DNA from: a virus
DNA length: 64,000 bases
Reading direction: 5' to 3' (one strand)
IMG/VR virus record: IMGVR_UViG_3300044655_001643
The position numbers were made by a program, and so were the translations under genes. Below, piece by piece: positions 45,542-55,155 of this stretch (position 1 is its first letter; every line of letters starts with the position of its first letter). The notes under the pieces were generated by a model. The model ran no database searches. It had not been told where the DNA came from and saw nothing but the letters and a program-made list of their open reading frames with translations.

Positions 45542-45634
45542 ATTGATATAATATCAAAGAGCGGTAAGATTGTCAAGCATTATCTGTTAGGTGCCTGCCT
45601 TTTTCGCCAAAGTGATTTCTTTTTGATAACTTTT

Positions 45635-46042
45635 TCAGACATCATTTGCCTTTCTGATAACACGAACCTGGTCGTCGGGTGTTACAAAAATTCTAGCACG
45701 AACGATTGTTTCCATTGTTGCAACATCTTGCTGTTTTGTAAACTCAATATACTTGCCATTCATCAATTCTCTTACTAATTTTGTAATCAGTCTATTTTTT
45801 AGTTCTAAATCATCCATTTGTATTGCTTGATAGGCATCAATAGACATTTGAGCGGTGACCATTTTGCCTTGAATTGTGTCAATAGAATCGACTGATGTAT
45901 TATTCCAACTTTCACGTATCACTGAGGCATGATCAACTACTGGTGGATAGTCTTTTACAATATTCTGATAGTCTTTTGCAGTAATCACACTATCGTTTTG
46001 TAATCCATCAATCCAAACATCTACACTTTTCAAAGTAGTCAT
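45635..46042 (-). CDS. Hypothetical protein
   Basis: GGAG RBS. Confidence 0.65.
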   Translation of the reverse strand: MTTLKSVDVWIDGLQNDSVITAKDYQNIVKDYPPVVDHASVIRESWNNTSVDSIDTIQGKMVTAQMSIDAYQAIQMDDLELKNRLITKLVRELMNGKYIEFTKQQDVATMETIVRARIFVTPDDQVRVIRKANDV

Positions 46043-46057
46043 TGTAACTCCATAAAA

Positions 46058-46132
46058 TGGTCCGGCGTACAGGAATCGAACCCATATTCATGCTTTAGAA
46101 GAGCATTGTATTATCCATTATACGAACGCCAG
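46058..46132 (-). tRNA. tRNA-Arg(TCT)
   Basis: Loop CTTCTAA. Confidence 0.92.
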
Positions 46133-46137
46133 TTTGT

Positions 46138-46214
46138 TGGTGGGCCTCCTCGGACTCGAACCGAGACAGTACAAATTATGAGTTTGCTGCAATCACCAAT
46201 TATGCTAAAGGCCC
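46138..46214 (-). tRNA. tRNA(CAT), probably Ile2
   Basis: Loop CTCATAA; GGGCC acceptor. Confidence 0.85.
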
Positions 46215-46344
46215 TTATTTGGTACGAATCTCATCTTTTTCAATATCATTCAACAAATATTGTGCCGATGTATCAATTACTTGTTGCGACCACATCTCTT
46301 CATTCTCTAATACGGGAATGTCATACTCTGGTGATAACCAGGGC

Positions 46345-46563
46345 TTATTTGTATTTGCTTTCAAAGTATTCATGTACTTTCATTCTTGCTTCTTCTGGTG
46401 ATGCCGCAATGACTGTTACATATGCCACACCATTTTCAATCGACATATCAAATGGAACTGGACCATCAAATTGCATTTGTTCAGGTATATTTACCTCAAC
46501 TTCATATTCAGCCAGTCTTTGAATTCTGCTCATCAATGCATCAAACTCTGCGGAACGTTTCAT
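46345..46563 (-). CDS. Hypothetical protein
   Basis: Co-oriented ORF. Confidence 0.55.
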   Translation of the reverse strand: MKRSAEFDALMSRIQRLAEYEVEVNIPEQMQFDGPVPFDMSIENGVAYVTVIAASPEEARMKVHEYFESKYK

Positions 46564-47404
46564 AATTATTCCCCTTACGCTTATTGTACACGACCTTCTT
46601 CACAGTATCAACTCTTTGTGACGGATTACGTGCGCCCATTACAACAACTACCTGATGGTGTAATTTGTCACCAACATTTTTCTCTACCAATAATGCTACA
46701 CAAAAGCCTGCAGGATTGGTATATCCAGTCTTACTTACTTGTACGCCATCAATTTGTGAGAGAATGGCAGTATTTGTATTGTGTAACACCAACATACGAT
46801 TCTTCCGTTTGACCTGTGTGAAAATCGTGGCTGTTTTCTTTGTAGATATATCACGTATCTGAGAATAATTACTGGCGCCCACTACCATCTTTGTGACATC
46901 GGATGCCGTACTTACATTCATTCGACTCAGGCCAGATGGATCATCAAAATGTGTGCCATACATGTCCAACATCATTGCCCGCAGATTCATACTCTTCATA
47001 AACTTTTCACGACCACCAGGATAATCCGATGCCAATGTTTCCGCTGCTGCATTGTCACTCTTTATCAATAGCATATGAAACAATTCACCACGTGTGTATT
47101 CACGCTTGGGCATCTTACTGCCTGCCATTTTACTCAGTGTCAACTTTCGGTCCATGTTTGTATCATAGTCTAATGCGACCATTGCTGTCATCAACTTGGT
47201 CATACTAGCCAATGCACGAACTTTATCAATATTGTGTGACGTAGTAATATGCTCGTCAGTTATATCGGTGACCATTACAGATAGTTCCGACGTTTGTACA
47301 TTGTAACGTTTTTGTTTCTTCTTACGTGGCTTGGCATCAGCCGATGATACCGCAGTAAAAAATACTAACAAAAATAAAACAATAAATCGTAGATAAGATT
47401 GCAT
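46541..47404 (-). CDS. Peptidase S11 D-Ala-D-Ala carboxy/endopeptidase (PBP7-like)
   Basis: Signal peptide; SMTK, SDN, KTG motifs. Confidence 0.9.
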   Translation of the reverse strand: MQSYLRFIVLFLLVFFTAVSSADAKPRKKKQKRYNVQTSELSVMVTDITDEHITTSHNIDKVRALASMTKLMTAMVALDYDTNMDRKLTLSKMAGSKMPKREYTRGELFHMLLIKSDNAAAETLASDYPGGREKFMKSMNLRAMMLDMYGTHFDDPSGLSRMNVSTASDVTKMVVGASNYSQIRDISTKKTATIFTQVKRKNRMLVLHNTNTAILSQIDGVQVSKTGYTNPAGFCVALLVEKNVGDKLHHQVVVVMGARNPSQRVDTVKKVVYNKRKGNNYETFRRV

Positions 47405-47519
47405 TAGTGTAGAATGTAAAAGATAAATGGTAGAGATATGACTGTAAACAATGTCATTAGAAAGAATATAAACTTTTTGTAAAAATGATCCATTTCTGCC
47501 TCCTATGGCAGTGGACCAT

Positions 47520-47765
47520 TTATTCTTCTAATCCACTGCCTAGTTTATTGATTGCTTTTTCGTAACCTTCACAGAGTTCACGATAATAGTTGGCTTCATT
47601 CCATGCATAAAATAATTGAAACTTTGCCTCTTCAAGTAAATTGAGCAAAGCTACTTGTCCTTTCGGTCCCGTCTTTTGTATCAGTGCTATCAGTATATTC
47701 ATCTTATCAATGATATTGATTTCTTCATGTGCATCATTTTCCATATCATCATTATCGTCAATCAT
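47520..47765 (-). CDS. Hypothetical protein
   Basis: Coupled to upstream ORF. Confidence 0.55.
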   Translation of the reverse strand: MIDDNDDMENDAHEEINIIDKMNILIALIQKTGPKGQVALLNLLEEAKFQLFYAWNEANYYRELCEGYEKAINKLGSGLEE

Positions 47766-47929
47766 TTTTCACCCTTTTCAAGGAGTGTGATAGCATCTTT
47801 TGTATACCTAATTTCTTTGTTGAGAGCATCTCTTGCTTCATGTAACTCCAATAGTTTTGCCCTCAAGCGGTCCAGTTCAATGCACCGTTGAGGTTTGGTT
47901 TTTGGTGTGAATGTATATATCTCAGCCAT
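47762..47929 (-). CDS. Small coiled-coil protein (55 aa)
   Basis: MAEIYTFTPK...; ATG 6 nt after -10 box. Confidence 0.6.
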   Translation of the reverse strand: MAEIYTFTPKTKPQRCIELDRLRAKLLELHEARDALNKEIRYTKDAITLLEKGEK

Positions 47930-47935
47930 GATGAT

Positions 47936-47964
47936 AGTATAGATTAGAATGTAGCATTTGTCAA
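47936..47964 (-). promoter_or_regulatory. Sigma70-type promoter, predicted leaderless transcript
   Basis: TTGACA-17-TATACT. Confidence 0.8.
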
Positions 47965-47965
47965 C

Positions 47966-48280
47966 CTACCATTTCTCGGCACGTTGCCAGGAATCATCGT
48001 AATCTGCTGAGTAATCAGTAACATCTGGTATATTTATCGCATATTCATCAATTTCTACCGAACTCCAATCTTCACCACGTTTGATTGCGGTAACTATTTT
48101 TCCTGATTTTGCTCTTGTTGCTGCACCTTCCGGTGTTAGATGGTATTCAAGGAGTTTTTGTGACCGAATCTGTTTATCTTCTTCGGTATGTTGACGAACA
48201 TTACCACAAGACCTTGAACAATATGGTCCACGTTTATTGTGTGATACGCCACATCTAGGACAGGTTTTTTGTATTGGCAT
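47966..48280 (-). CDS. Zn-finger hypothetical protein
   Basis: CPRC...YCSRSC. Confidence 0.7.
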   Translation of the reverse strand: MPIQKTCPRCGVSHNKRGPYCSRSCGNVRQHTEEDKQIRSQKLLEYHLTPEGAATRAKSGKIVTAIKRGEDWSSVEIDEYAINIPDVTDYSADYDDSWQRAEKW

Positions 48281-48875
48281 CTTCTAGTTTTTCTTCTATG
48301 TAATGACAAAGAATATGACCAAGAATCAAATGCCCCTCTTGAATTGTGGGTGTTGATGTAGATGGTATTGCTATGTAATAATTCGCATAGTCATGCATCG
48401 TTCGTGTTTTCAAGCCAGTGAATGCAATATTGACTAATTGATTTATATATCCATACTTCATTGCTTCAAGTATGTTTTCTGATTTGCCAGATGTTGAAAG
48501 ATAAATTGCCACATCACCAGGCTTTGAGAGTGCATGTAGTTGGCGTGAGAATACATGCTTGTAACCTAAATCATTTGAAATTGCAGTGATAACTGAGGTG
48601 TCTGTATTCAATGCAATTGCAGCATATGGCTCACTTTGTGTCATAAAGTATGAAACTAATTCACCAGCCAAGTGTTGTGCTTCTGCTGCTGAACCACCAT
48701 TGCCCATGAAAAAGATTTTATTGCCACGTTGAATTGCATTTACGCATTCTTGTGCGGCTTTTTCTAATTCATCTAATGGAGCAGGTATTGTTGATGAAGC
48801 AAATGGTTGAGTTTCATTTGCAATCAATGAATCGATCATATCTCTGCTGTTTTTCAGAGAGTTCATAATATCCAT
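48255..48875 (-). CDS. gmhA: Phosphoheptose isomerase
   Basis: GNGGSAAEAQH, TAISND, FSRQ, STSGKS, IQEGH...H. Confidence 0.92.
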   Translation of the reverse strand: MDIMNSLKNSRDMIDSLIANETQPFASSTIPAPLDELEKAAQECVNAIQRGNKIFFMGNGGSAAEAQHLAGELVSYFMTQSEPYAAIALNTDTSVITAISNDLGYKHVFSRQLHALSKPGDVAIYLSTSGKSENILEAMKYGYINQLVNIAFTGLKTRTMHDYANYYIAIPSTSTPTIQEGHLILGHILCHYIEEKLEDANTKNLS

Positions 48876-48884
48876 AATATACCT

Positions 48885-49350
48885 CTATGCTGAAAGTAGA
48901 ATGTCTTGTGAGTTACATGTGGTGACGAAATTGATAAATGCTACTGCTTCATTCTCATCTTCGTAATATCGAATTATTGTTTGACCTGTGTGCTGCGATA
49001 TTATCATCAAAAGAATGTAGTGGTCACGGTAGGTGGAAAACTTCAACCACCAACCGTTTCTGACCACTGGGTGCCAAAACTTAGTTTTGTACTCTATGTC
49101 AATCTTTAGTTTTTTTGCTTTCAGCCCTGATGATTTTTTTTGCATCTTCTGCCACATTATTATTGAAATTTGACGCCTTCACTTTATATGTAGTAAAAGT
49201 TTTACCTGTGATATCATCAAAGTAATCTAGAGTATGGTCAATCAAAACTTTGTTGAAGTCAATAGTTTTGAGTGTTGTTTCTTCAGCCTTACGCTGAACA
49301 TCGTTCCAAGTGTACATTGTTGGAAATTGAGGTGCTTGTGTGAAAAACAT
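48885..49350 (-). other. Two small hypothetical genes (48885-49157, 49099-49350)
   Basis: Co-oriented; AGGAG RBS before 49350. Confidence 0.55.
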
Positions 49351-49395
49351 GATTATCTCCTAAGAATTGTGTGACCCTAATTAGGCATCACAGTT

Positions 49396-49806
49396 TTATT
49401 TATGCTGCAACTGCACATTTTTTAAGTGGGCTTTGCGTATCTTTGCCGACACCCACTCATTATAGTATAACTCATCCAACAAGCAATGTCTAGTAAATAT
49501 CTCAAACGTTTCCCAGTACGAACACTCCGATTTGTTTTTACACAGGTGCAGTATTGTTCGACGAAAGTTATGTTCGCCTAGTTCGGCAACTTCTGCTTTG
49601 AGTGTCTCGTTGGAACCCCAATAGGACTCCCAATCGGAAGTTTTTCTGATTTTTCTTTTCTTGCCGTTGACTTGCTTTGTGCCAGCTTTACTAAAGTATT
49701 TGCGTCCAATATATTTCCTATTAGTGATAAGATTTTCTATTAGATAGACAAATCCAAAATGTGTGCCGTCATCTTCGAACGGCACACCATTATAATACCA
49801 TGTCAC
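49396..49806 (-). CDS. GIY-YIG family nuclease
   Basis: GFVYLI.N....RKYIG.K, Y.GS, E, YN. Confidence 0.8.
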   Translation of the reverse strand: MTWYYNGVPFEDDGTHFGFVYLIENLITNRKYIGRKYFSKAGTKQVNGKKRKIRKTSDWESYWGSNETLKAEVAELGEHNFRRTILHLCKNKSECSYWETFEIFTRHCLLDELYYNEWVSAKIRKAHLKNVQLQHK

Positions 49807-49982
49807 AGTGGGCTATCATCCTCATCGTCATGTAAATCACTATCATCAAAATCTTCATCATCAAGAATCAAATATTCTCCACAGAACGGACAATGTGTAG
49901 GATCTGATTCTGTATACAGTTCATTGTATGATACTGTGAATTTTGAACTACAAGCGGTACATTCGTGTCGTAGATTTATCAT
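49803..49982 (-). CDS. Small Zn-ribbon protein with acidic tail
   Basis: HECTAC...HCPFCG; manual translation. Confidence 0.65.
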   Translation of the reverse strand: MINLRHECTACSSKFTVSYNELYTESDPTHCPFCGEYLILDDEDFDDSDLHDDEDDSPL

Positions 49983-50416
49983 CAGTTACACCATGATTGT
50001 TTAGCTTCACCAAAATATTCACGTGCAAAGCCATTTTGAATGAGTGCTGCACGGAGACTTTGACCATCTAAAATGATATCACCCAATACACGACCACCAA
50101 ATTTATCCCACCCATAGAGAGTGACCTGACGCTTAGTTGATTTAGCAACGGCGTTGGTTGTAAATTTAGTTGCAAGTTTTCCTCTTTCATCTTCTTGTGG
50201 ACATTGGGCACGAAAGCCTTTCTCTGGTGTATCAACGCCATAGATACGAACAGCAAGTTCTGGCTTCAATGGTGCTGGTAAAAATGATGCAGCAATAACA
50301 ATTGTATCACCATCACTTACACGGAGAATTTGAGCATCATATGTCGCACCTTGTGGTGTTTTTTGTGCCAGTGCTAGTGATGGCAATAACAGAAGTGCTA
50401 ATAGTAATTTTTTCAT
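49982..50416 (-). CDS. Thermonuclease (SNase-like) with signal peptide
   Basis: DGDTI, R..GVDTPE, DKFGGR.L, G.A..Y. Confidence 0.88.
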   Translation of the reverse strand: MKKLLLALLLLPSLALAQKTPQGATYDAQILRVSDGDTIVIAASFLPAPLKPELAVRIYGVDTPEKGFRAQCPQEDERGKLATKFTTNAVAKSTKRQVTLYGWDKFGGRVLGDIILDGQSLRAALIQNGFAREYFGEAKQSWCN

Positions 50417-50868
50417 ATTGATTCCTTACAAACGAGATTGAGTATATCGAAACGTGTGGTATTTGGTACATTCAAAGAAACGATGTGTGTATTGACTTCA
50501 TATGCATTACGAAAAACTATTTTATTATTTTTGTCAACGTACATATCCATGAGCAACATCAATTGTTGTCTACCACAATGCAATGAACCATAAACATACA
50601 GCGCATTTATCGGAACAGTTGAGCCGTACATTTGTTCTGGAACATGGTATGAAACAAAAGCATGAAATCTAACAATTTCTTGCTTTGCGCCTAACATACC
50701 TTTCTCAATGTATATATCATAGTCATCAGACTTTACAACAAAATGCCAGTCTTTTTGGTTGTGAATAATTACATCATTATTGGTAATATTCAGTGTAAAG
50801 TCTTTCTGGCTGGCATAAGAGAAAGAAGTGAGGAGTATTGCAATGATAAAAGTAAATAAATGCTTCAT
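50413..50868 (-). CDS. Secreted hypothetical protein
   Basis: Signal peptide; GGAGG RBS. Confidence 0.65.
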   Translation of the reverse strand: MKHLFTFIIAILLTSFSYASQKDFTLNITNNDVIIHNQKDWHFVVKSDDYDIYIEKGMLGAKQEIVRFHAFVSYHVPEQMYGSTVPINALYVYGSLHCGRQQLMLLMDMYVDKNNKIVFRNAYEVNTHIVSLNVPNTTRFDILNLVCKESI

Positions 50869-50906
50869 GATGCCTCCCTATGTTAGGCGTAAACATTTAT
50901 TTAGAG

Positions 50907-51620
50907 CTAATTCCAGTACTTGGTCCCGTCTAATCTATCCCAGTATTTTTTGTTATTACGGTTTATGAAGTTTTTGATCAAGTATGCGGCCATGCCAAAG
51001 TAGCCCATCTTTTTGAATCTACGTGAATCTTGTCCAAAATAATGGTTGATGATTCTGAATTTTTGAGGGTTGTACATCCTTGAAAGAAAGAAATCTTCAG
51101 AAGTGATATATTTTTCAGAGAAACCACCATATTCTTCAAACTTATCTCTTCGTGTGAGCATGAATGCACCCACAGCAAATGGACTGAAATGACTAAGAAT
51201 GCGATTCATGTAATTGAAAATTATAAATCCAAGATTTGCCCGCCAATCTTTGTCGTAGCAATATATTTTGGCACCAACCAAATCCAAATTGTAGAATTCA
51301 ATTTCTTCAACAGCATCACGGATTACATACTTGTCCACAAAACGAACATCGGAATCAATAAACAAAATATATGGTGTAGTGGCAAGTTTAGCACCATTGT
51401 TTCTAGCAATCGAAACTGGACCACCATCAATGACCTCAACATTCAAGAAAGCACTATTATCTTTTATAACTTGCCTTGTGTTATCAGTCGAACTATCAGC
51501 AATTATAATTCTAGTGTCTCCAATTTTTTGCAATCTCAATGATGTCAGTAAATGTTGAATGTAATTTTCTTCATTTTTGCAAGGTATTACAATCGTAATT
51601 TTATCACTTAGTTTTATCAT
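50907..51620 (-). CDS. Glycosyltransferase family 2
   Basis: IVIPCKNEE, ARNNGA, FIDSD, SED, SRR. Confidence 0.9.
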   Translation of the reverse strand: MIKLSDKITIVIPCKNEENYIQHLLTSLRLQKIGDTRIIIADSSTDNTRQVIKDNSAFLNVEVIDGGPVSIARNNGAKLATTPYILFIDSDVRFVDKYVIRDAVEEIEFYNLDLVGAKIYCYDKDWRANLGFIIFNYMNRILSHFSPFAVGAFMLTRRDKFEEYGGFSEKYITSEDFFLSRMYNPQKFRIINHYFGQDSRRFKKMGYFGMAAYLIKNFINRNNKKYWDRLDGTKYWN

Positions 51621-51786
51621 TTCTTATACACCTTCCTTCAACTTTGAACGAATCGAATTTTAGCCAATAGTTCATACTCTGTAAACTTTTCTCACAACTA
51701 ATCTGATCCTGAAACTCTAGAGTTATTTTTCCTGGTATATCCTTTGGATCGTTTAGGTGTACCGCTATCAATATCATCAACCACAT
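51604..51786 (-). CDS. Small hypothetical protein
   Basis: GGAGA RBS. Confidence 0.5.
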   Translation of the reverse strand: MWLMILIAVHLNDPKDIPGKITLEFQDQISCEKSLQSMNYWLKFDSFKVEGRCIRNDKTK

Positions 51787-52537
51787 TGTCGCTCTCCTGT
51801 GTCCACGTGATTATTTCCCAACGACCATCGTGATGCTCAACAAGTGCTGTCAATGATTCAACCCAATCACCATCATTCATATAAGTTACGCCATCTATTT
51901 CTTTTATCTCGGCATGATGTATATGTCCACATATCACACCATCATATCCTTTTTTCTTGCAATAACCCGCTAGATTTTTTTCGAATTGAAAAATAAAATC
52001 TATTGCTTTCTTTACCCTGTGCTTGAGAAAACGACTAAGGCTAAAATAACCAATACCAATTCTATGTAAGACCCAATTAAATTTATTATTAACTGATAAG
52101 ATGCAATCATATGCTCTGTCTCCTAAAAATGACAGCCAAGGTGCTAGTCTAGTGATACCATCAAATAAATCTCCATGTATAACAAGATAGTGTTTGCCAT
52201 CAGCACCAATGTGTTCACATTGATTGACCATTTCTATCATGCCAAAATTTAGATTATATTGAAGAAACGGCCTTAGAAATTCGTCATGATTGCCTAAAAC
52301 ATAAATCACTTTAGTATTTCTTTTGGCGTGTCCTAAAACACGACGAACAACATTTGTGTGGCTTTGTTTCCAACGCCATTTATTTTGTTTCATTTTCCAA
52401 CCATCAATAATATCACCAACAAGATACAATGTTTCGCATGTATTGTGTTTGAGGAAATTATTGAGTGCTTCAGCCTTGCAGTCTTTTGTGCCAAGGTGAG
52501 TGTCTGAAATAAAGATACTGCGATATGTTTTGTCCAT
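51698..52537 (-). CDS. Metallophosphoesterase, PlcP/LpxH2-like
   Basis: SDTHLG, GDIIDGW, GNHDE, HGD.FD, CGHIH, N.GDWVES.TA. Confidence 0.85.
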   Translation of the reverse strand: MDKTYRSIFISDTHLGTKDCKAEALNNFLKHNTCETLYLVGDIIDGWKMKQNKWRWKQSHTNVVRRVLGHAKRNTKVIYVLGNHDEFLRPFLQYNLNFGMIEMVNQCEHIGADGKHYLVIHGDLFDGITRLAPWLSFLGDRAYDCILSVNNKFNWVLHRIGIGYFSLSRFLKHRVKKAIDFIFQFEKNLAGYCKKKGYDGVICGHIHHAEIKEIDGVTYMNDGDWVESLTALVEHHDGRWEIITWTQESDNVVDDIDSGTPKRSKGYTRKNNSRVSGSD

Positions 52538-52598
52538 AAAGGTTCTGGTTACGGGTTCCAGAGTCACCTGATTATTGTGACCGATTTTTAAGGGTTAC

Positions 52599-54005
52599 TT
52601 AGAAACTTAGTTGACTTCTAAACAATACTGCTTTGTCGCCATTTACACGTGCGCCTGAACTACCGACTAGTGCATCAAATTTAGTGTCAACATAATTTAT
52701 CATGAATCTAAGATTGTCGTTTACAAACCATGTCAACCCATATGTCATTGCAACTGCACGATTTGACTTACCAGCTACAACTGTAATATTACTGGCATCA
52801 AATTCACTAGCACGAACACCAATCTGCCATGCACCATTGCCACCTTTACCTACAGGATTATTTGGTTTGATCCAGTTGAACGCACCATCTTTGTAAGCAT
52901 GATTTTCACCTGTGATATTATAAAGTGCTTGCACATAATAACCTTTGATTTTTTGATCATTGCCTGTCGTAGGATCATATGTAAAATCAAAGTATTCACC
53001 TTGTACTTTTGCACCTTTGTATGCCAATGCTGCTTCAAGACCTGCACGTGTTCTTTCAGTAGAACCACTCAATGCAGGACCAACAAACCAACTGCTCTGT
53101 GTCCTTGCTTCAGTGCGACCACTTGATGGCGTTACACCACTCTTGATTGTACCAATGCTATAAGCCGCACCCAAGTGAGCAACAACTTCTTTATTACCAG
53201 CAAGTTCAGCTAGATTGGTGGTAACACGACCAATGTAATCAAAGTTATCATTGATAGCATCTTTGTTACCACGACCACGGCTAACTGCCAATTGATAAGT
53301 TAGACCCGACACAGGAACACCATGCAACATAAAGCCAGTTTCTTTTGCAGGAATCAATTCACTGTCATTCTGCCCAATCAAACTACGCTCCATGAAATCA
53401 ATATTGTTTGAACTGGTCATTTGTTCAAGACTGAATGGCATTTTGAATAGTCCAAACTGAAATTGCATTTCAGGATTAGCGGCATAGTTTACCCACATCT
53501 CATCCATTGTGCTTGAACTTGATGAAGCACCAACATCATTACCAAAATTTGCAAGCAATTGATACTTGAAGTCTTTGTTGAACTGACCACGCACACCAAA
53601 TCTAGCACGGCGAACTTCTGCTAGGTTCTGATACGAATCCGTGGTTTGACCGACACCGTAATCTGGTGTGTAGTGTCGATAGTCCATATGTAATCGACCT
53701 GTAAATTGGGCAGTCGTGTTACCATCTTTGGATTTGAGTCCAAGTCCGTTTTCTGTGACTGCTCCATCGTTTGCTTTTGCTTGTCTGAATTTGACTGAAT
53801 CGCTAACATCTTTGTCGATTCTTCTTTCAGCAAACTTTTTGTTTTCTTCTTTTTCTTCATATGCTTTGAGTTTATCTTCATATTCTTGTTGAGTGATTAC
53901 ATTCTTCTCTCTCAGAATATTCAGTGTGTCTTTATACTCATCAGCATATGCTGGAATCACTGCTGCTAAAGCAACTACAATAGAAAGTTTTTTGAGTAAT
54001 TTCAT
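52599..54005 (-). CDS. Phosphate-selective porin OprO/OprP family
   Basis: Signal peptide; RRARFG, G.FK.PFSLE, MERS; C-terminal Phe; follows pstS. Confidence 0.88.
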   Translation of the reverse strand: MKLLKKLSIVVALAAVIPAYADEYKDTLNILREKNVITQQEYEDKLKAYEEKEENKKFAERRIDKDVSDSVKFRQAKANDGAVTENGLGLKSKDGNTTAQFTGRLHMDYRHYTPDYGVGQTTDSYQNLAEVRRARFGVRGQFNKDFKYQLLANFGNDVGASSSSSTMDEMWVNYAANPEMQFQFGLFKMPFSLEQMTSSNNIDFMERSLIGQNDSELIPAKETGFMLHGVPVSGLTYQLAVSRGRGNKDAINDNFDYIGRVTTNLAELAGNKEVVAHLGAAYSIGTIKSGVTPSSGRTEARTQSSWFVGPALSGSTERTRAGLEAALAYKGAKVQGEYFDFTYDPTTGNDQKIKGYYVQALYNITGENHAYKDGAFNWIKPNNPVGKGGNGAWQIGVRASEFDASNITVVAGKSNRAVAMTYGLTWFVNDNLRFMINYVDTKFDALVGSSGARVNGDKAVLFRSQLSF

Positions 54006-54014
54006 GATATATCC

Positions 54015-55040
54015 TTATTTCCAAATTGGGTTGTTATCTGGACCACGGAAGTCTTTCTTCCAATTTTCTTGTACTAACTTGATTACATCGGCAGGCATGT
54101 GAACATATTCCAATTCTGTTGACATCTGACCACCATTCTTGTATGACCAGTCAAAGAATTTGAGAACTGCACGACCCGTCAATGCATCTGCTTGTTGCTT
54201 GTGCATCAAAATAAAACTTGCACCCGTTGCTGGCCATGCATCTTTACCTGTCTGCCATGTGAGTAACAAATACATTCCTGGTGCATTGTTCCAATCAGCA
54301 TTTGCTGCGGCTGCTTTGAATGTAGCATCATCAGGTAATACAAAAACACCATCACGATTCTTTACTGCTGCATAAGGAATCTTGTTTCTCTTTGCAAATG
54401 CATATTCAACATAACCAAATGCGCCTTTGATACGCTGCACTTGTGCTGCAACACCTTCGTTACCTTTACCACCCACACCAGTTGGCCATTTTACTGCTGT
54501 GCCTTCACCGACAGTTTTTGCAAACTCAGGATTTGCTTTGCCCAAGAAATTTGTCCAGATGAATGTAGTACCCGAACCATCTGCACGATGAATGACAGTG
54601 ATATTCAATGCTGGTAAATTCAAACCGGGATTCAAATCAGTGATTGCTTTATCATTCCACTTTGTAATCTTACCAAGATGGATGTTTGCAATAACTTCTG
54701 GTGTCAGTTTCAATTGACCTGGTGCAATACCGTCAAGATTGAATACTGGTACAACACCACCAATGATTGCTGGAAATTGTACAAGACCTTCTTTATCCAA
54801 TTCTTCTTTTTTGAGTGGCATATCGGATGCACCAAAGTCAACTGTCTTTGCTTTGATTTGACGAATACCACCACCAGAGCCGATTGATTGATAGTTCAGA
54901 CCAATGCCAGTTTGTGCTTTGTATGCTTCAGCCCACTTTGCATAGATTGGAAATGGAAAGGTCGCACCAGCGCCAGTGAATTCTGCTGCTGATACGACCG
55001 AAGATACTGCTAATAGAATAGATGCTAAAAACTTCTTCAT
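54015..55040 (-). CDS. pstS: Phosphate ABC transporter substrate-binding protein
   Basis: GAGATFP, YQSIGSGGG, DFGASD, RADGSGTT, GKGNEGV; AGGAG RBS. Confidence 0.97.
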   Translation of the reverse strand: MKKFLASILLAVSSVVSAAEFTGAGATFPFPIYAKWAEAYKAQTGIGLNYQSIGSGGGIRQIKAKTVDFGASDMPLKKEELDKEGLVQFPAIIGGVVPVFNLDGIAPGQLKLTPEVIANIHLGKITKWNDKAITDLNPGLNLPALNITVIHRADGSGTTFIWTNFLGKANPEFAKTVGEGTAVKWPTGVGGKGNEGVAAQVQRIKGAFGYVEYAFAKRNKIPYAAVKNRDGVFVLPDDATFKAAAANADWNNAPGMYLLLTWQTGKDAWPATGASFILMHKQQADALTGRAVLKFFDWSYKNGGQMSTELEYVHMPADVIKLVQENWKKDFRGPDNNPIWK

Positions 55041-55078
55041 ATTATCTCCTATGGTTAGACTACTAAAACATTTTTCAA

Positions 55079-55097
55079 CCGTAACGGGATTGTCACA
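55079..55097. promoter_or_regulatory. Pho-box-like tandem
   Basis: CCGTAAC-GGGA-TTGTCAC, GTNAC half-sites 11 bp apart, upstream of pstS. Confidence 0.45.
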
Positions 55098-55155
55098 ATT
55101 GAGAATTTTTTTTAATAGCCCAACCATCAAAGATAATCAGACTTTATATTTAGTT

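Noticed and set aside
29582-46214. Stop-codon reassignment or suppressor tRNA
   Set aside because: No CTA/TTA/TCA anticodon among the 23 tRNAs; core genes are intact in the standard code and all three stops are used.
49396-49806. GIY-YIG gene as an intron homing endonuclease
   Set aside because: Free-standing, catalytic domain only, no interrupted host gene; nrdA, nrdB and thyX look uninterrupted.
52548-52598. Second Pho box before the PlcP-like gene
   Set aside because: Four GTNAC motifs, but spaced 15, 14 and 17 bp rather than 11.
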